Source of the DNA: Candidatus Iainarchaeum sp.
Lineage (GTDB): Archaea; Iainarchaeota; Iainarchaeia; Iainarchaeales; CSSED10-239
Length of the DNA: 30,032 bases
Assembly (NCBI GenBank): GCA_028700905.1
Contig: JAQVRT010000004.1
Span: 1 to 30,032 of the forward strand
Direction of reading: 5' to 3'
Position 1 is the stretch's first letter. Each line of letters begins with the position of its first letter. The notes below the pieces were generated by a model. It was given only the letters and a program-made list of their open reading frames with translations. It made no database searches and was not told where the DNA came from. This document shows positions 6,678 to 15,225 of this stretch, piece after piece. The position numbers were made by a program, and so were the translations under genes.

Positions 6678-6851
6678 TTAATAGTCAGAATCGCTATCAT
6701 CTGACTCATCATCCCATTCATCATCCACACGAACTTCTTCTTCTTGTGAATCTAATTGGTCTTGTTTTTTCTTTTTAGGATCTTCATCATAATCAAATTC
6801 TGAAAAATCATAATCAGAATCTGATTTTAATACATCTTGTATATTTTTCAT
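6678..6851 (-). CDS. Small hyper-acidic protein (57 aa), not in the supplied ORF track
   Basis: My translation: MKNIQDVLKSDSDYDFSEFDYDEDPKKKKQDQLDSQEEEVRVDDEWDDESDDSDSDY*. It has 24 D/E against 7 K/R. The start is the ATG at 6849-6851, preceded by AAAGAGGATAATTT (GAGG Shine-Dalgarno-like element), and the stop is TAA at 6678-6680. It is co-directional with the downstream histone-fold gene. Confidence 0.5.
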   Translation of the reverse strand: MKNIQDVLKSDSDYDFSEFDYDEDPKKKKQDQLDSQEEEVRVDDEWDDESDDSDSDY

Positions 6852-6892
6852 AAATTATCCTCTTTTTTTAAAATCTATATAAAAATAGAAAG

Positions 6893-6967
6893 TGGGAATG
6901 GCAGGATTCGAACCTGCGGCCTCTCGATTATCAGTCGAGTGCTCCAACCAGACTAAGCTACACTCCC
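6893..6967 (-). tRNA. tRNA-Ile, anticodon GAU
   Basis: Hand fold: GGGAGTG TA GCTT AGTCTGGTTG GAGC A CTCGA CTGATAA TCGAG AGGCC GCAGG TTCGAAT CCTGC CATTCCC A. The D and T arms are nearly identical to those of the Ile(UAU) gene. No CCA is encoded. Confidence 0.9.
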
Positions 6968-7099
6968 TTTATATATTAATTTATAAAGAATAGTATATAA
7001 AAATATTTCTATTATTAAATATTTAACTTAATAAAGAAATAAAAACCCTTCCTTTTTAAAATATTAATATAAAAGAAATATTTCTTTGCTAAATAAAAT

Positions 7100-7172
7100 A
7101 GTCCGGTAGTGTAGTGGCCAAGCATGTCAGGCTTTGAACCTGGCGACAGGAGTTCGAATCTCCTCCGGACTA
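7100..7172 (+). tRNA. tRNA-Gln, anticodon UUG
   Basis: Hand fold: AGTCCGG TA GTGT AGTGGCCAA GCAT G TCAGG CTTTGAA CCTGG CGAC AGGAG TTCGAAT CTCCT CCGGACT A. It has an A1-U72 first pair and a 4-nt variable region. No CCA is encoded. Confidence 0.88.
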
Positions 7173-7204
7173 TATTTATTAAAATAAACTAATTGTGATA
7201 AAAA

Positions 7205-7402
7205 ATGGTATTTGGATTATTTAATAAAAAAAAAGAAAATAAAGAAGAAACTGAAAAAAGAATAGATTTTTCAAAATCTAAATACCCTGAAGAAACATGT
7301 GCCCTTTGCAACCAAAAAGGTTGTGATAAAAAATGGGGTGGACAATACTGGCATAAGAAATGTTTAAGATCAACCAAAGGTATGGCAAAAGGAATGATCT
7401 AA
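7205..7402 (+). CDS. Small lysine-rich putative zinc-binding protein (65 aa)
   Basis: MVFGLFNKKKENKEETEKRIDFSKSKYPEETCALCNQKGCDKKWGGQYWHKKCLRSTKGMAKGMI. The Cys/His pattern is CxxC-x4-C-x10-H-x2-C. A GTGAT Shine-Dalgarno-like element lies 5 nt upstream of the ATG. The composition is typical of real genes here, unlike the antisense ORF 7189..7377. Confidence 0.5.
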   Translation: MVFGLFNKKKENKEETEKRIDFSKSKYPEETCALCNQKGCDKKWGGQYWHKKCLRSTKGMAKGMI

Positions 7403-7450
7403 AATATTTTATTTTTTAAAACTAATTTTATAAAAAAAGAAAAAAAAGAT

Positions 7451-7936
7451 TTAAGAATATAAATAATCCTTAATCTTGTTCTTAATAACATTAATATTTG
7501 TAAGATAAACATTTAAAGCATTTTCAAGTCTTGAAGCTTCTAAATTAAATTCTTTTGCTCTACCTGCAATTAAATATTCTTCATCTTTTTGTTTATCAAT
7601 AATTTCAAGTTCTTTTCTAACAACAATATATCTTTTAAGAGTCATAGCATAATAACTATAATTATCTAAAAGATCACTATAAAGTTTTCTTGTAACATCA
7701 TCTTTATAGATTTGTTTTCCTTCAAAAGTAAATTTTCCTTGTTGTCTTGCCCCTGTTTTTTTACCAGATGCAACTTCTGAAACTACTATATAGTGTTGTT
7801 CAAGCCAGTCAATAGATTTTACTCTATAGTTCTTTTGTTCTACTTGAACTACTTTTGGTCTTTTAATTTCAGAAATAACAGACTCGTCAATTTCAACAAC
7901 TTCTGTAACTCTTGTTTTCTTAAATAGTTTAAACAT
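7451..7936 (-). CDS. Hypothetical protein (161 aa), no family recognised
   Basis: A clean ORF with an ATG start preceded by GGTGAT at 6 nt. It has coding-like K/E/I-rich composition and a C-terminal helical/coiled segment. I cannot assign a family by eye. Confidence 0.6.
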   Translation of the reverse strand: MFKLFKKTRVTEVVEIDESVISEIKRPKVVQVEQKNYRVKSIDWLEQHYIVVSEVASGKKTGARQQGKFTFEGKQIYKDDVTRKLYSDLLDNYSYYAMTLKRYIVVRKELEIIDKQKDEEYLIAGRAKEFNLEASRLENALNVYLTNINVIKNKIKDYLYS

Positions 7937-8063
7937 ATCTTAATCACCAAAAAAGCATAAATATAAAATTTATATATATAATGTATAAATATATTTAAAA
8001 ACTAATGGTTATATGTAAACCATAGAAAAAATAAAAAAAAGATAAAAAAACAAACTATTTTAA

Positions 8064-8573
8064 TTAAAGATTAAATTTTTTTGCAAGTTTATTTTTTTCA
8101 ATAATCTCTTTAAGACTAATAGCAAGTTCATTTGGGGATAATGAAACAACTTCAAAATCACAAAGTCTTGACCAAGCAACATCCCCTTTATATCTTGGCA
8201 AGATATGGAAGTGTAAATGTTTTATACTCTCTCCAGCAACATCACCTATACTACAACCAATATTATAACCTTCAGGTTTCATAAAAATATTTAAAGCATA
8301 AACTGAAAGATCAATCATATTAAATAATTCTTCTCTTTCTTTAGAAGTTAGATCAATAACTTGATTTACATGTCTTTTTGGAATTACTAAAAGATGACCT
8401 TCCCCATAAGGATATTTATTTGCTTGAAGAAATATTTTTTTACTTGAAAATATTACCTCTTCTTTTGGAGCTTTACAAAAAATACAAGTTTTAGGATTTT
8501 TACTTTCTTTTTTAGTATTTGAAGTTACATATTTTTTTCTCCAAGGAGCATAAAGAATATCATGTTTAGCCAT
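8064..8573 (-). CDS. HIT (histidine triad) family nucleotide hydrolase/phosphorylase
   Basis: The histidine triad HLHFHILPR is present. The N-terminal segment APWRKKYV....CIFC is typical of the Ap4A-phosphorylase/GalT-like branch of HIT proteins. The gene lies 15 nt downstream of gatE on the same strand. Confidence 0.8.
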   Translation of the reverse strand: MAKHDILYAPWRKKYVTSNTKKESKNPKTCIFCKAPKEEVIFSSKKIFLQANKYPYGEGHLLVIPKRHVNQVIDLTSKEREELFNMIDLSVYALNIFMKPEGYNIGCSIGDVAGESIKHLHFHILPRYKGDVAWSRLCDFEVVSLSPNELAISLKEIIEKNKLAKKFNL

Positions 8574-8588
8574 AAATAATTCACATTT

Positions 8589-10511
8589 TTATTTTTTTAA
8601 AAATAAATCTAATCTTTCTTTAATTGTTTGAGAGATAATCTTACCATCATATTTATTTTCAGTTTTAGACATTACTCTTCCCATCAATAAACCTAAAGAT
8701 CTTTCTTTTTGTTTTAAAATAAAATCTTTATTATCTTCTATTACTTGATCAATTATATTATTTAATACATCTTTAGATAAATCTTCTTTTTTATTTTCTT
8801 GAATAATTCTTTCTAAATCAAGAGGATTTTTTAAATATTCAATAAACACATCTAAAAGTTTATTTTTATTAATTCTGTTAAACAAATCTTTTGTTTTAAA
8901 AAAACTAATTAATAAAGAATCATTTATATCATCAAGATCTAAGACACCTTCTCTTGAAGCTTTAATTAAATCTTCAAGTAAAAATACTGAAAGAGTTGTA
9001 GGATTAATCTTATATTCAGAAACTATTTTTTCAAAAATTGGTGCAAAATTATTAAGTTTCATTTTATCTGCAAGTTGTGAACTTAGTTTAAAAGTATCAA
9101 TATATAATTTTTTTCTATCTTCTAAAGATAAAGGAATTTCTTTTTTAGCTAAATCTAATAATTCATCATTAAAAACAATTGGTGAAAGATCAGTTTCAGG
9201 ATACATTCTAGAAGAAGTTGAAAGAGGTCTTTGATATTCTGTATTTCCTTCAACAGTTGAAGCTCTTGTTTCTTTTAAAACCCCTTCTTTAAGTTTATTA
9301 AGTCTATCTTCAATTACATTTTTAACTGAAGAAATTTCATTATCAGAAGAAAAAATAATAATAAAAGAATCATTTTCTTTAACAGAAAAATCTTTCTTTA
9401 TAACTTCAACATCTTTCTCTGTAATTCCATAATTTGGAAGTTCATCTAAATGGAAAAGACCTTTTAGAGTAGTTCTCATTTTTAAAACACTTGCAATTTC
9501 AGTTCCAAGTCTTCTATTTGGTTGGATTTCTCTACCTAAAAAACCTTTAAAGCCAGGAAGTAAAAATAAATAAGCATTTTTATTTTCTGAAAAAGATTTT
9601 AAAACAACTTTAGAACTTGTATTCTTAAAATAATCATTAATAATAATAGGCTCTAAAGAAAAAGAAGTAAGATTTTTTTCAATAACTTCTTTTTTAATAT
9701 CTATTAAATTTAATTGACGAACAATCTCTCTGTTAATAATTTCAGGGATTAAATCAAGATCTTGACAACCTTTAATCTCTACTCTTGAACCATCTTTAAT
9801 AGAAATGTTAATGTCTTGCCTGATTGAACCTAATCCTCTTTTTGTTTTACCAGTACTTCGAAAGAGTTGTCCAAGATATAATGCAACTTCTTTAACTTGT
9901 TCAGGAGTATGCATATCGTGCCATGCAACAAGTTCAATTAAAGGTATTCCTAATCTATCTAAAGAATAAGTTACAACAGAATCTGTTTTTTCAATAGTTC
10001 TTGCAGCATCCTCTTCTAAAAGTATCTTATCAATTCTAACTCTTCCAAAACTAAAATCAAGATAACCATCAGTTGAAATCATTGTAGTTCTCTGAAACCC
10101 AGAAACATTTGAACCATTAATTACTTGTTTTCTCATAACATGAGAAGTATTTACAACAACAGAATTTGTTAAAAAAGAAATAACTAACGCAATATTTAGA
10201 GCATCTTTATTAATATTTAAAGGAGGTTGAGAATCAGTTTCAACTAAACAATTACAAGAATTATAAAATAAATATTTAAAAATTTTATTTTTATCTTGCT
10301 CTTCTTTTGCAGTAATATCTAAATCCCCAGTTTCAGAAGAAACTGCTCTTAATTGTCTATAGATTACTTTATCAGGTTTTAAATCATCATTAATTAATTT
10401 TGAAGGACAATTACAAAATAATTTATTTGTGTTTAATTGTTGATGTAATTCAAGACCGCACATAAGGCCTAATTTTTCATAATCTAAATTATTTATATCA
10501 ATCTTAGTCAT
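8589..10511 (-). CDS. gatE: Glutamyl-tRNA(Gln) amidotransferase subunit E
   Basis: The 640-aa protein starts YEKLGLMCGLELHQQL.T.KLFCNCPS, characteristic of GatE/GatB-type kinase-amidotransferase subunits. It has GatE length with the C-terminal YqeY-like tail, and it sits directly downstream of gatD. Confidence 0.92.
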   Translation of the reverse strand: MTKIDINNLDYEKLGLMCGLELHQQLNTNKLFCNCPSKLINDDLKPDKVIYRQLRAVSSETGDLDITAKEEQDKNKIFKYLFYNSCNCLVETDSQPPLNINKDALNIALVISFLTNSVVVNTSHVMRKQVINGSNVSGFQRTTMISTDGYLDFSFGRVRIDKILLEEDAARTIEKTDSVVTYSLDRLGIPLIELVAWHDMHTPEQVKEVALYLGQLFRSTGKTKRGLGSIRQDINISIKDGSRVEIKGCQDLDLIPEIINREIVRQLNLIDIKKEVIEKNLTSFSLEPIIINDYFKNTSSKVVLKSFSENKNAYLFLLPGFKGFLGREIQPNRRLGTEIASVLKMRTTLKGLFHLDELPNYGITEKDVEVIKKDFSVKENDSFIIIFSSDNEISSVKNVIEDRLNKLKEGVLKETRASTVEGNTEYQRPLSTSSRMYPETDLSPIVFNDELLDLAKKEIPLSLEDRKKLYIDTFKLSSQLADKMKLNNFAPIFEKIVSEYKINPTTLSVFLLEDLIKASREGVLDLDDINDSLLISFFKTKDLFNRINKNKLLDVFIEYLKNPLDLERIIQENKKEDLSKDVLNNIIDQVIEDNKDFILKQKERSLGLLMGRVMSKTENKYDGKIISQTIKERLDLFLKK

Positions 10512-10532
10512 AATAAATCATATTAATAAACA

Positions 10533-11873
10533 TTATAAAACTTCATCATAAAATGAAGGAACTTCTTTAGAAGTTATTTCTCCAGAAATATTAGTTTTAA
10601 GATATCTAATAATTTCTTCTTTTGTTTTAAATTTCTTTAAAGCAACTGAAAGTTTTATTTGTAAAACTTCAGGTAAAATGTCATGAGAATCTAAATATTG
10701 AACACCTGCTTGAGAAAGATATCTTAAATTTGAATAAACTTTATCATTAACTCTTCCAAAAAGACATTGAGAAGACATGACAACAATTAAATTAGATTCA
10801 ATTGCTTTTTTAATATAAGGTATAAACTGATATTTTAAAGGAAGAATAGATTCATTATTTTCTGCAGTTGGAACATGACCTAAACCAGTTCCTTCAAAAA
10901 TAATTCCTTTATAACCTTTTTCAATATACCAATCAATAATAGAAGGATCAATATTTGGATGTATTTTAATAAGTGCAACTTTTTCTTCAAATTCTTTATT
11001 TAATAAAGGAATTTTATCTTTTGAAAAAATTTCTTTTTTTAAAAAATCTATTTTCCCATCAGAAAAAACTTTTGCATAAACAACATCATTTACAGGTATA
11101 AAAGCATCTCTTCTAGAAGTATGCATTTTTCTAGATTTAACAGCTTTAATAACTGAACAAAAATCATCATTAATAGACCCATGCATAACAGTAAAAACAC
11201 CAGGTATTTTTTCCTTTACAAAACGAGCCGCACAAATAAGATTTAAAGAGCCATCAAAACTTGCTCTATCAGGAGATCTTTGAGCTCCAACTAAAAGAAC
11301 AGGTTTATTTATGTTTTCAATTAAAAAAGAAAGTGCACTTCCAGTAAAAGATAAAGTGTCTGTACCATGAGTTATAATAATCCCATCAATTGATGGATCA
11401 TTTAAATATTTAAAAACCACTTCAGATAAAACTAACCAATCTTTATAGTAAATATCTTCAGATGCTTTTCTAAAAGGAGATTCTATTTTTTTAATATTAA
11501 TAATTTTTTCAAGTTCTGGGGTTGTAGAAATAATTTCTTGAGGAGTTCTAGACATTGTAACTCCTCCAGTCACATAATCTACATGTGTTCCAATAGTTCC
11601 CCCTGTTCCAATATACACAATATTTGGAAGAGAAGAATTTTCTATAAAATCTTTAGAATTAACTTTTCCTAAAGATACCTTAGTATCATCTAAAGAAAAA
11701 GAAGAGATTTCTTTTAAATAAACACTAATATTATAACCATTATCTAAAAGTTTAACTTTTAAAGAATCATTTAATATTTCTACCAAATAACCTTTATGAG
11801 TAATCTCTTGTTCATTTACTTTTCTTTTAATTTCTATGATTTTACCAATATCGTCAATTGTTAAATTATTCAT
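10533..11873 (-). CDS. gatD: Glutamyl-tRNA(Gln) amidotransferase subunit D (asparaginase-like glutaminase)
   Basis: The 446-aa protein has an N-terminal small barrel domain followed by an L-asparaginase fold with IVYIGTGGTIG (catalytic Thr motif) and ITHGTDTL. Its position next to gatE supports the call. Confidence 0.92.
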   Translation of the reverse strand: MNNLTIDDIGKIIEIKRKVNEQEITHKGYLVEILNDSLKVKLLDNGYNISVYLKEISSFSLDDTKVSLGKVNSKDFIENSSLPNIVYIGTGGTIGTHVDYVTGGVTMSRTPQEIISTTPELEKIINIKKIESPFRKASEDIYYKDWLVLSEVVFKYLNDPSIDGIIITHGTDTLSFTGSALSFLIENINKPVLLVGAQRSPDRASFDGSLNLICAARFVKEKIPGVFTVMHGSINDDFCSVIKAVKSRKMHTSRRDAFIPVNDVVYAKVFSDGKIDFLKKEIFSKDKIPLLNKEFEEKVALIKIHPNIDPSIIDWYIEKGYKGIIFEGTGLGHVPTAENNESILPLKYQFIPYIKKAIESNLIVVMSSQCLFGRVNDKVYSNLRYLSQAGVQYLDSHDILPEVLQIKLSVALKKFKTKEEIIRYLKTNISGEITSKEVPSFYDEVL

Positions 11874-11922
11874 TATATATCACATATATTATATTATATC
11901 AAAACAAATATAATTGTTCTTT

Positions 11923-12459
11923 TTAATTAAACTTACAATTTGATAACTGCTTTCTTGAAAATACAAAATTATGTCCTGTATATATCATTATAAAAATAAT
12001 TATTGAAGAAAACACTTTACCAATTAAATAATAAACATTAAAAACTTCAACAAAAACAAATATCAATAAAACGCTTAATACAAAACCAGATAAAGAAACT
12101 AAAAAATAATTAAATAAAGCACCAAATAATTCAGATTTATTTAAAGGTTTATATTTAAACGTAAATATAACATTTAAAAAGAAATTATTTAATATTGCTA
12201 GAAAATATGCAATTACTGCTGATAATAAATAAAAAATATTAAAAAATTCAGTAAATAAAAGTAAAAATGAAAAATCAATAATTTCTCCAGAAAGTCCTAT
12301 GACTAGATATTTAAGAGTTTTTTTATTTCTGTAAAACAACTTAAAGTCCATTAACCAATAATAGATTTTATAGATAAAAGAAGTTTTTTTATAAACTATT
12401 AAACTATTAAAAAAACTAGGTTTTTTAAGCTTAAAGTCAGATAGCTTCGTTTGTTTCAT
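11923..12459 (-). CDS. GtrA-like small membrane protein (polyisoprenoid-linked glycan translocation family)
   Basis: It has four hydrophobic helices with KYLVIGLSGEIIDFSFLLLF......YLLSAVIAYFLAILNNFFLNVIFTFK, the GtrA pattern (vG..g..vd..........a..ia.....i.nF.ln..wtF). The internal ATG at 12349-12351 (MDFKLF..., 142 aa) would give a more typical GtrA length. Confidence 0.65.
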   Translation of the reverse strand: MKQTKLSDFKLKKPSFFNSLIVYKKTSFIYKIYYWLMDFKLFYRNKKTLKYLVIGLSGEIIDFSFLLLFTEFFNIFYLLSAVIAYFLAILNNFFLNVIFTFKYKPLNKSELFGALFNYFLVSLSGFVLSVLLIFVFVEVFNVYYLIGKVFSSIIIFIMIYTGHNFVFSRKQLSNCKFN

Positions 12460-12551
12460 GTTTGTTTCAGATAACTTAATTATTTTAGTAATTGTATATA
12501 AGTAATTATACTAAATATTATTTTAAAAAAGTAACTATACACTAATATTAC

Positions 12552-13940
12552 ATGGACAAAAAAATAATACCTATGCTTTATGATATTAAGAAATATCTAA
12601 ATACAAAAAATCTTGATTATTTTGAAATAAGATTTGAAAAACATAAAAATAGAATTATAGATGTTGAAAATACTTCAACAAAAGAACTTATTGAAAAAGA
12701 AACTGAAGGAATTGGAATTAGGATAATTATAGATAAAAAAGTAGGTTTCTTAGCATTAAATGAATTTTCAAAATATAAAGAAAAAATAGATAAAGTAATT
12801 GAAAATACAAAAAGAATTAATAAAAAAACAGAATTTAAAAATTATTCTACAAATAAAGGAAAAGACATCTTAAAATATAAAGATTTTGAAAGTATTTCAA
12901 ATTCTCAAAAAATAAAAGAAATTAATGAAATTAATAAAGAAATATTAAAAACAAGTAATAGAGATATAAAAATACTTAATTCAGAAATAATTTATAAAGA
13001 AACAGAAATTGAAAAATACTTTTTAACAAACCATGCAGAAATACATCAAAAAAGACCATACACTGTTTTTTATTCAAAAATAACAGGTAAAAAAAATTAT
13101 CAAATAGAAACTAATGTAGATAGACTTGGAAGTATCGGTGGTCTTGAACTATTTAATAAAGAAGAAAAAATAAAAATGGTTCTTGAAAATAGAAAAACAC
13201 TTCAAGAATTATTAGAATCAAAACCATGTCCTGCAATTACAACAGATATAATTTTAAGTCCAGATGTTGGCGAACTTTTAGCACATGAAGCTATAGGACA
13301 TGCTTGTGAAGGAGATTTTTTAATAGATAAAACAACTGTTCTTAAAAAAGGATTAAAAGTATCTAAAAATCCAGAAGTAAATATTATAGATAATCCAGAA
13401 AAAAAAGATTTTGGTTATTTTAAATATGATGATGAAGGAATTAAAGCAAAAAAAGTAGATTTAATTAAAAACGGAGTTGTAAATGATTTTATGACAGATA
13501 TTACAACTGCAACAAAATTAAATGAAATTTCAAATGGATCTGCAAGAAGTGAAAATTATAATTTCCTTCCTATAGTTAGAATGAGTAACACATATTTTAA
13601 AGAAGGAACTACAAAAGAAAAAGATATGCTGTCAGATTATACTGGATTTTTACTTAAAGGTTTTTCAGGTGGAGAAGTAGATACAAACATAGGTACATTT
13701 ATGTTTGGTATAAGACAAGCTTATGAATACAAACATGGAGAAATAATAAATAAATATAAACAAGCATCCATTTCAGGAGATATTTTAAAATATTTAAATA
13801 AAATTACAGAAATTTCAAATAAAATTGGAAACTTTGAATTTGGGTATTGTGGAAAAAATGGGCAAACTGCTTTTGTTAGTGGAAGTAGCCCCTTAATTAA
13901 AATAGAAGATGTTATTGTAGGGGGTACAAAACATGAATAA
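12552..13940 (+). CDS. tldD: TldD-type metalloprotease
   Basis: The 462-aa protein contains LLAHEAIGHACEGD, the HExxxH zinc site characteristic of TldD. It is followed by a PmbA-like partner with an 8-nt overlap (ATGAATAA). Confidence 0.85.
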   Translation: MDKKIIPMLYDIKKYLNTKNLDYFEIRFEKHKNRIIDVENTSTKELIEKETEGIGIRIIIDKKVGFLALNEFSKYKEKIDKVIENTKRINKKTEFKNYSTNKGKDILKYKDFESISNSQKIKEINEINKEILKTSNRDIKILNSEIIYKETEIEKYFLTNHAEIHQKRPYTVFYSKITGKKNYQIETNVDRLGSIGGLELFNKEEKIKMVLENRKTLQELLESKPCPAITTDIILSPDVGELLAHEAIGHACEGDFLIDKTTVLKKGLKVSKNPEVNIIDNPEKKDFGYFKYDDEGIKAKKVDLIKNGVVNDFMTDITTATKLNEISNGSARSENYNFLPIVRMSNTYFKEGTTKEKDMLSDYTGFLLKGFSGGEVDTNIGTFMFGIRQAYEYKHGEIINKYKQASISGDILKYLNKITEISNKIGNFEFGYCGKNGQTAFVSGSSPLIKIEDVIVGGTKHE

Positions 13941-15222
13941 AGAAGAAATATTTAATTATTGTAAAAATATTAGTAAAAAAGAAGAAATTACTTTTAAATA
14001 TATAAAAAGTGAAAGTGAAAAGGCAGAGTTTAGAAATTTCTCAATTGAGAATTATAAAATGAATAATATAGATAAATTATTTATAAGAGTGATTGATAAA
14101 GGAAAAATTGGATCTTATAGCATACAAGGAATTACAAAAGAAAAGATTGAAAAAGGAATTAAAAAAGCAAAAGATATTGCAAAAAATAAAAAATCAGAAG
14201 TTAAGTTTGAAAGTTTTGGTAAAGATGTCAATCATAAGCAAATAAAATCTGATTTCAGAATAGAAAATGTAGATTTTTCAAAAAAATTAGAAGAAATTAA
14301 AAAAAATTTAACTAAAGATAAATATATTCAAGGATATCTTGGAGGAATTTCAAAAAACCATATTGAAAGTTTTTTTATTAACCCTTATTTTAGTAAAGAA
14401 AATAAAAAAGACTTTGTTTCATTATCATCATTAGTAATTACAAAAAATAAAAAAAAATCATCTGGTGACTTCTTTTCAATATTTACAAAAGAAGAAGATA
14501 TTGATATTAATCAGACATTTATGCAGGCAAAACATAATGCATACACTCTTATGGACCCTGTAAATGGTGAAAAAGGAGAATATACTTTAATATTTACACC
14601 AGAAATTACAAGAGAATTTTTTGAATTTATTCTTTCAGGAACAAAAGGAGAAGCTATTGAGAAAAAAAATAGTTTTTTACATGATTCTTTAGGTAAAAAA
14701 ATCTTTTCAGAAAACATAAATCTAAAAGAAGAACCTACTCTTGATTATTTTTTAAGTTCTTCAAAAATAGATGATGAAGGATTTAAAACATCTAAAAAAA
14801 ATATAATTAATAAAGGAGTTTTTAGAAAACCTATATATAACCTTTATGAAAGTATAAAATATAATAAGAAACCTACAGGAAATGCATTCCTTGAGAATGG
14901 ATTTGATCCAGAATATACAAATATCATACAAGAAGCAAGTAATAAAAAAATAGATGATATGATATCAAAAACTAAAAAAGGAATCTTAATCTATGAGATT
15001 TTAGGGTTCCACACAAACAAAATAACTACAGGAGACTTTTCTTTAACAATTTCTTCTGGAAAGGCTATTAGAGATGGACAATTTAAAGAAACTGTGACAA
15101 ATTTAAATTTAACAGGTAATTTAAGAGAATTATTTAGAGAAATAGAATTTTCAAAAGAACAAAAGTTTTTTGGAAGTTCACTTTATAGTTTTTCAAAAAT
15201 ACAAAAAGTAAAATTAATATAG
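13933..15222 (+). CDS. pmbA: PmbA/TldE-type partner of TldD (TldD/PmbA family, no HExxxH)
   Basis: The 429-aa protein is translationally coupled to tldD. It has family-typical C-terminal segments (DDEG....K..I.kGv, GDFS..I..G..I.dG) and lacks the metal-binding HExxxH, as expected for the PmbA/TldE subunit. Confidence 0.7.
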   Translation: MNKEEIFNYCKNISKKEEITFKYIKSESEKAEFRNFSIENYKMNNIDKLFIRVIDKGKIGSYSIQGITKEKIEKGIKKAKDIAKNKKSEVKFESFGKDVNHKQIKSDFRIENVDFSKKLEEIKKNLTKDKYIQGYLGGISKNHIESFFINPYFSKENKKDFVSLSSLVITKNKKKSSGDFFSIFTKEEDIDINQTFMQAKHNAYTLMDPVNGEKGEYTLIFTPEITREFFEFILSGTKGEAIEKKNSFLHDSLGKKIFSENINLKEEPTLDYFLSSSKIDDEGFKTSKKNIINKGVFRKPIYNLYESIKYNKKPTGNAFLENGFDPEYTNIIQEASNKKIDDMISKTKKGILIYEILGFHTNKITTGDFSLTISSGKAIRDGQFKETVTNLNLTGNLRELFREIEFSKEQKFFGSSLYSFSKIQKVKLI

Positions 15223-15225
15223 TTT

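Noticed and set aside
3898-7172. tRNA cluster as the boundary of an integrated mobile element or genomic island
   Set aside because: I found no integrase, transposase or phage-like gene, no direct repeat of a tRNA 3' end nearby, and no compositional shift. The genes between the tRNAs are core housekeeping (thermosome, SSB-like, histone-fold).
7189-7377. 62-aa minus-strand ORF overlapping the small zinc-finger ORF
   Set aside because: Its F/L/S/P-rich composition is typical of an antisense shadow frame, and it has no Shine-Dalgarno-like element. The plus-strand ORF has a GTGAT element, lysine-rich coding-like composition and a Cys/His pattern.
7937-8063. Short hairpin atggtt-N7-aaccat and other small AT palindromes (for example aaagaaatatttcttt at 7072-7087) in intergenic regions
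   Set aside because: Stems of 6-8 bp made largely of A/T are expected by chance at this base composition, and there is no recurrence or positional argument strong enough to call a feature.
14511-14717. 68-aa minus-strand ORF inside pmbA
   Set aside because: It lies entirely within, and antisense to, a supported CDS. It has no independent signal.
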